From contig NC_058368.1 of NCBI RefSeq assembly GCF_018350175.1, forward strand, positions 209,314,001 through 209,378,000: a stretch of 64,000 bases of DNA, read 5' to 3'. The stretch's first letter is position 1, and each line of letters starts with the position of its first letter. Source of the stretch: Felis catus. Its lineage: Eukaryota. The position numbers were made by a program, and so were the translations under genes. Shown piece by piece: positions 63,304 to 64,000 of this stretch. The notes beneath the pieces are model-generated. The model saw only the letters and a list, made by a program, of their open reading frames with translations, made no database searches and had not been told where the DNA came from.

Positions 63304-64000
63304 GGGCAGACCCATAATCAGTGAAGAAATTGAATCAGTTATCAAAAATCTCCCAACAGATAAGAGTCCAGGACCAGATGGCTTCCCTGGGGAATTCTAC
63401 CAGACATTGAAAGCAGAGATAATACGTATCCTTCTCAAGCTGTTCCAAAAAATAGAAAGGGAAAGAAAACTTCCAGACTCATTCTATGAAGCCAGTATTA
63501 CTTTGATTTCTAAACCAGACAGAGACCCAGTAAAAAAAGGGAACTACAGGCCAATATCCCTGATGAATATGGATGCAAAAATTCTCAATAAGATACTAGC
63601 AAATCGAATTCAACAGCATATAAAAAGAATTATTCACCATGATCAAGTGGGATTCATTCCTGGGCTGCAGGGCTGGTTCCACATTCACAAATCAGTCAAT
63701 GTGATACATCACATTAATAAAAGAAAAGATAAGAACCATATGATCCTGTCAATCAATGCAGAAAAAGCATTTGACAAAATTCAGCATCCTTTCTTAATAA
63801 AAACCCTCGAGAAAGTCGGGATAGAAGGAACATACTTAAAGATCATAAAAGCCATTTATGAAAAGCCCACAGCTAACATCATCCTCAATGGGGAAAAACT
63901 GAGAGCTTTTTCCCTGAGATCAGGAACACGACAGGGATGCCCACTCTCACCGCTGTTGTTTAACGTAGTGTTGGAGGTTCTAGCATCAGCAATCAGACAA
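63304..64000 (+). mobile_element. L1 ORF2 segment (Z/RT region), inverted relative to the adjacent L1; runs off the window
   Basis: Open frame [49 protein letters not shown]. Confidence 0.93.

Noticed and set aside
1..64000. A novel multi-gene or defence-type system, or a CRISPR array
   Set aside because: All coding signal is explained by CPLANE1 exons or transposon relics. The recurring 200-bp units are dispersed SINEs, not repeat-spacer arrays.

Overview
AT-rich mammalian genomic DNA. The SINE family (tRNA-derived Can-SINE with SINEC_Fc-like diagnostics) points to a felid, probably cat. The whole window lies inside one plus-strand gene, CPLANE1 (C5orf42/JBTS17, a ciliogenesis and planar-polarity effector). 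I traced 29 consecutive GT-AG coding exons from 83 to 60989, totalling 5882 nt (about 1960 codons), with phases that join into one open frame. The start codon lies upstream of the window and the C-terminal exons lie downstream. Introns contain roughly 45 Can-SINEs, several L1s, Tigger1/Tigger2, a MER21 LTR, MER3, L2/MIR relics and microsatellites. I found no evidence for a previously undescribed biological system. The most interesting observations are mechanistic footprints: a 5'-inverted (twin-primed) L1, a formerly full-length L1 holding a nested Tigger1/SINE/L1 stack, a triplicated branch-point motif beside a tiny L1-tail insertion, snap-back and template-switch micro-palindromes, and a palindromic microsatellite grown from an L1 seed. 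Gene identity and repeat family names come from recalled sequence knowledge rather than a database search, and repeat boundaries without a stated target-site duplication (TSD) are approximate.
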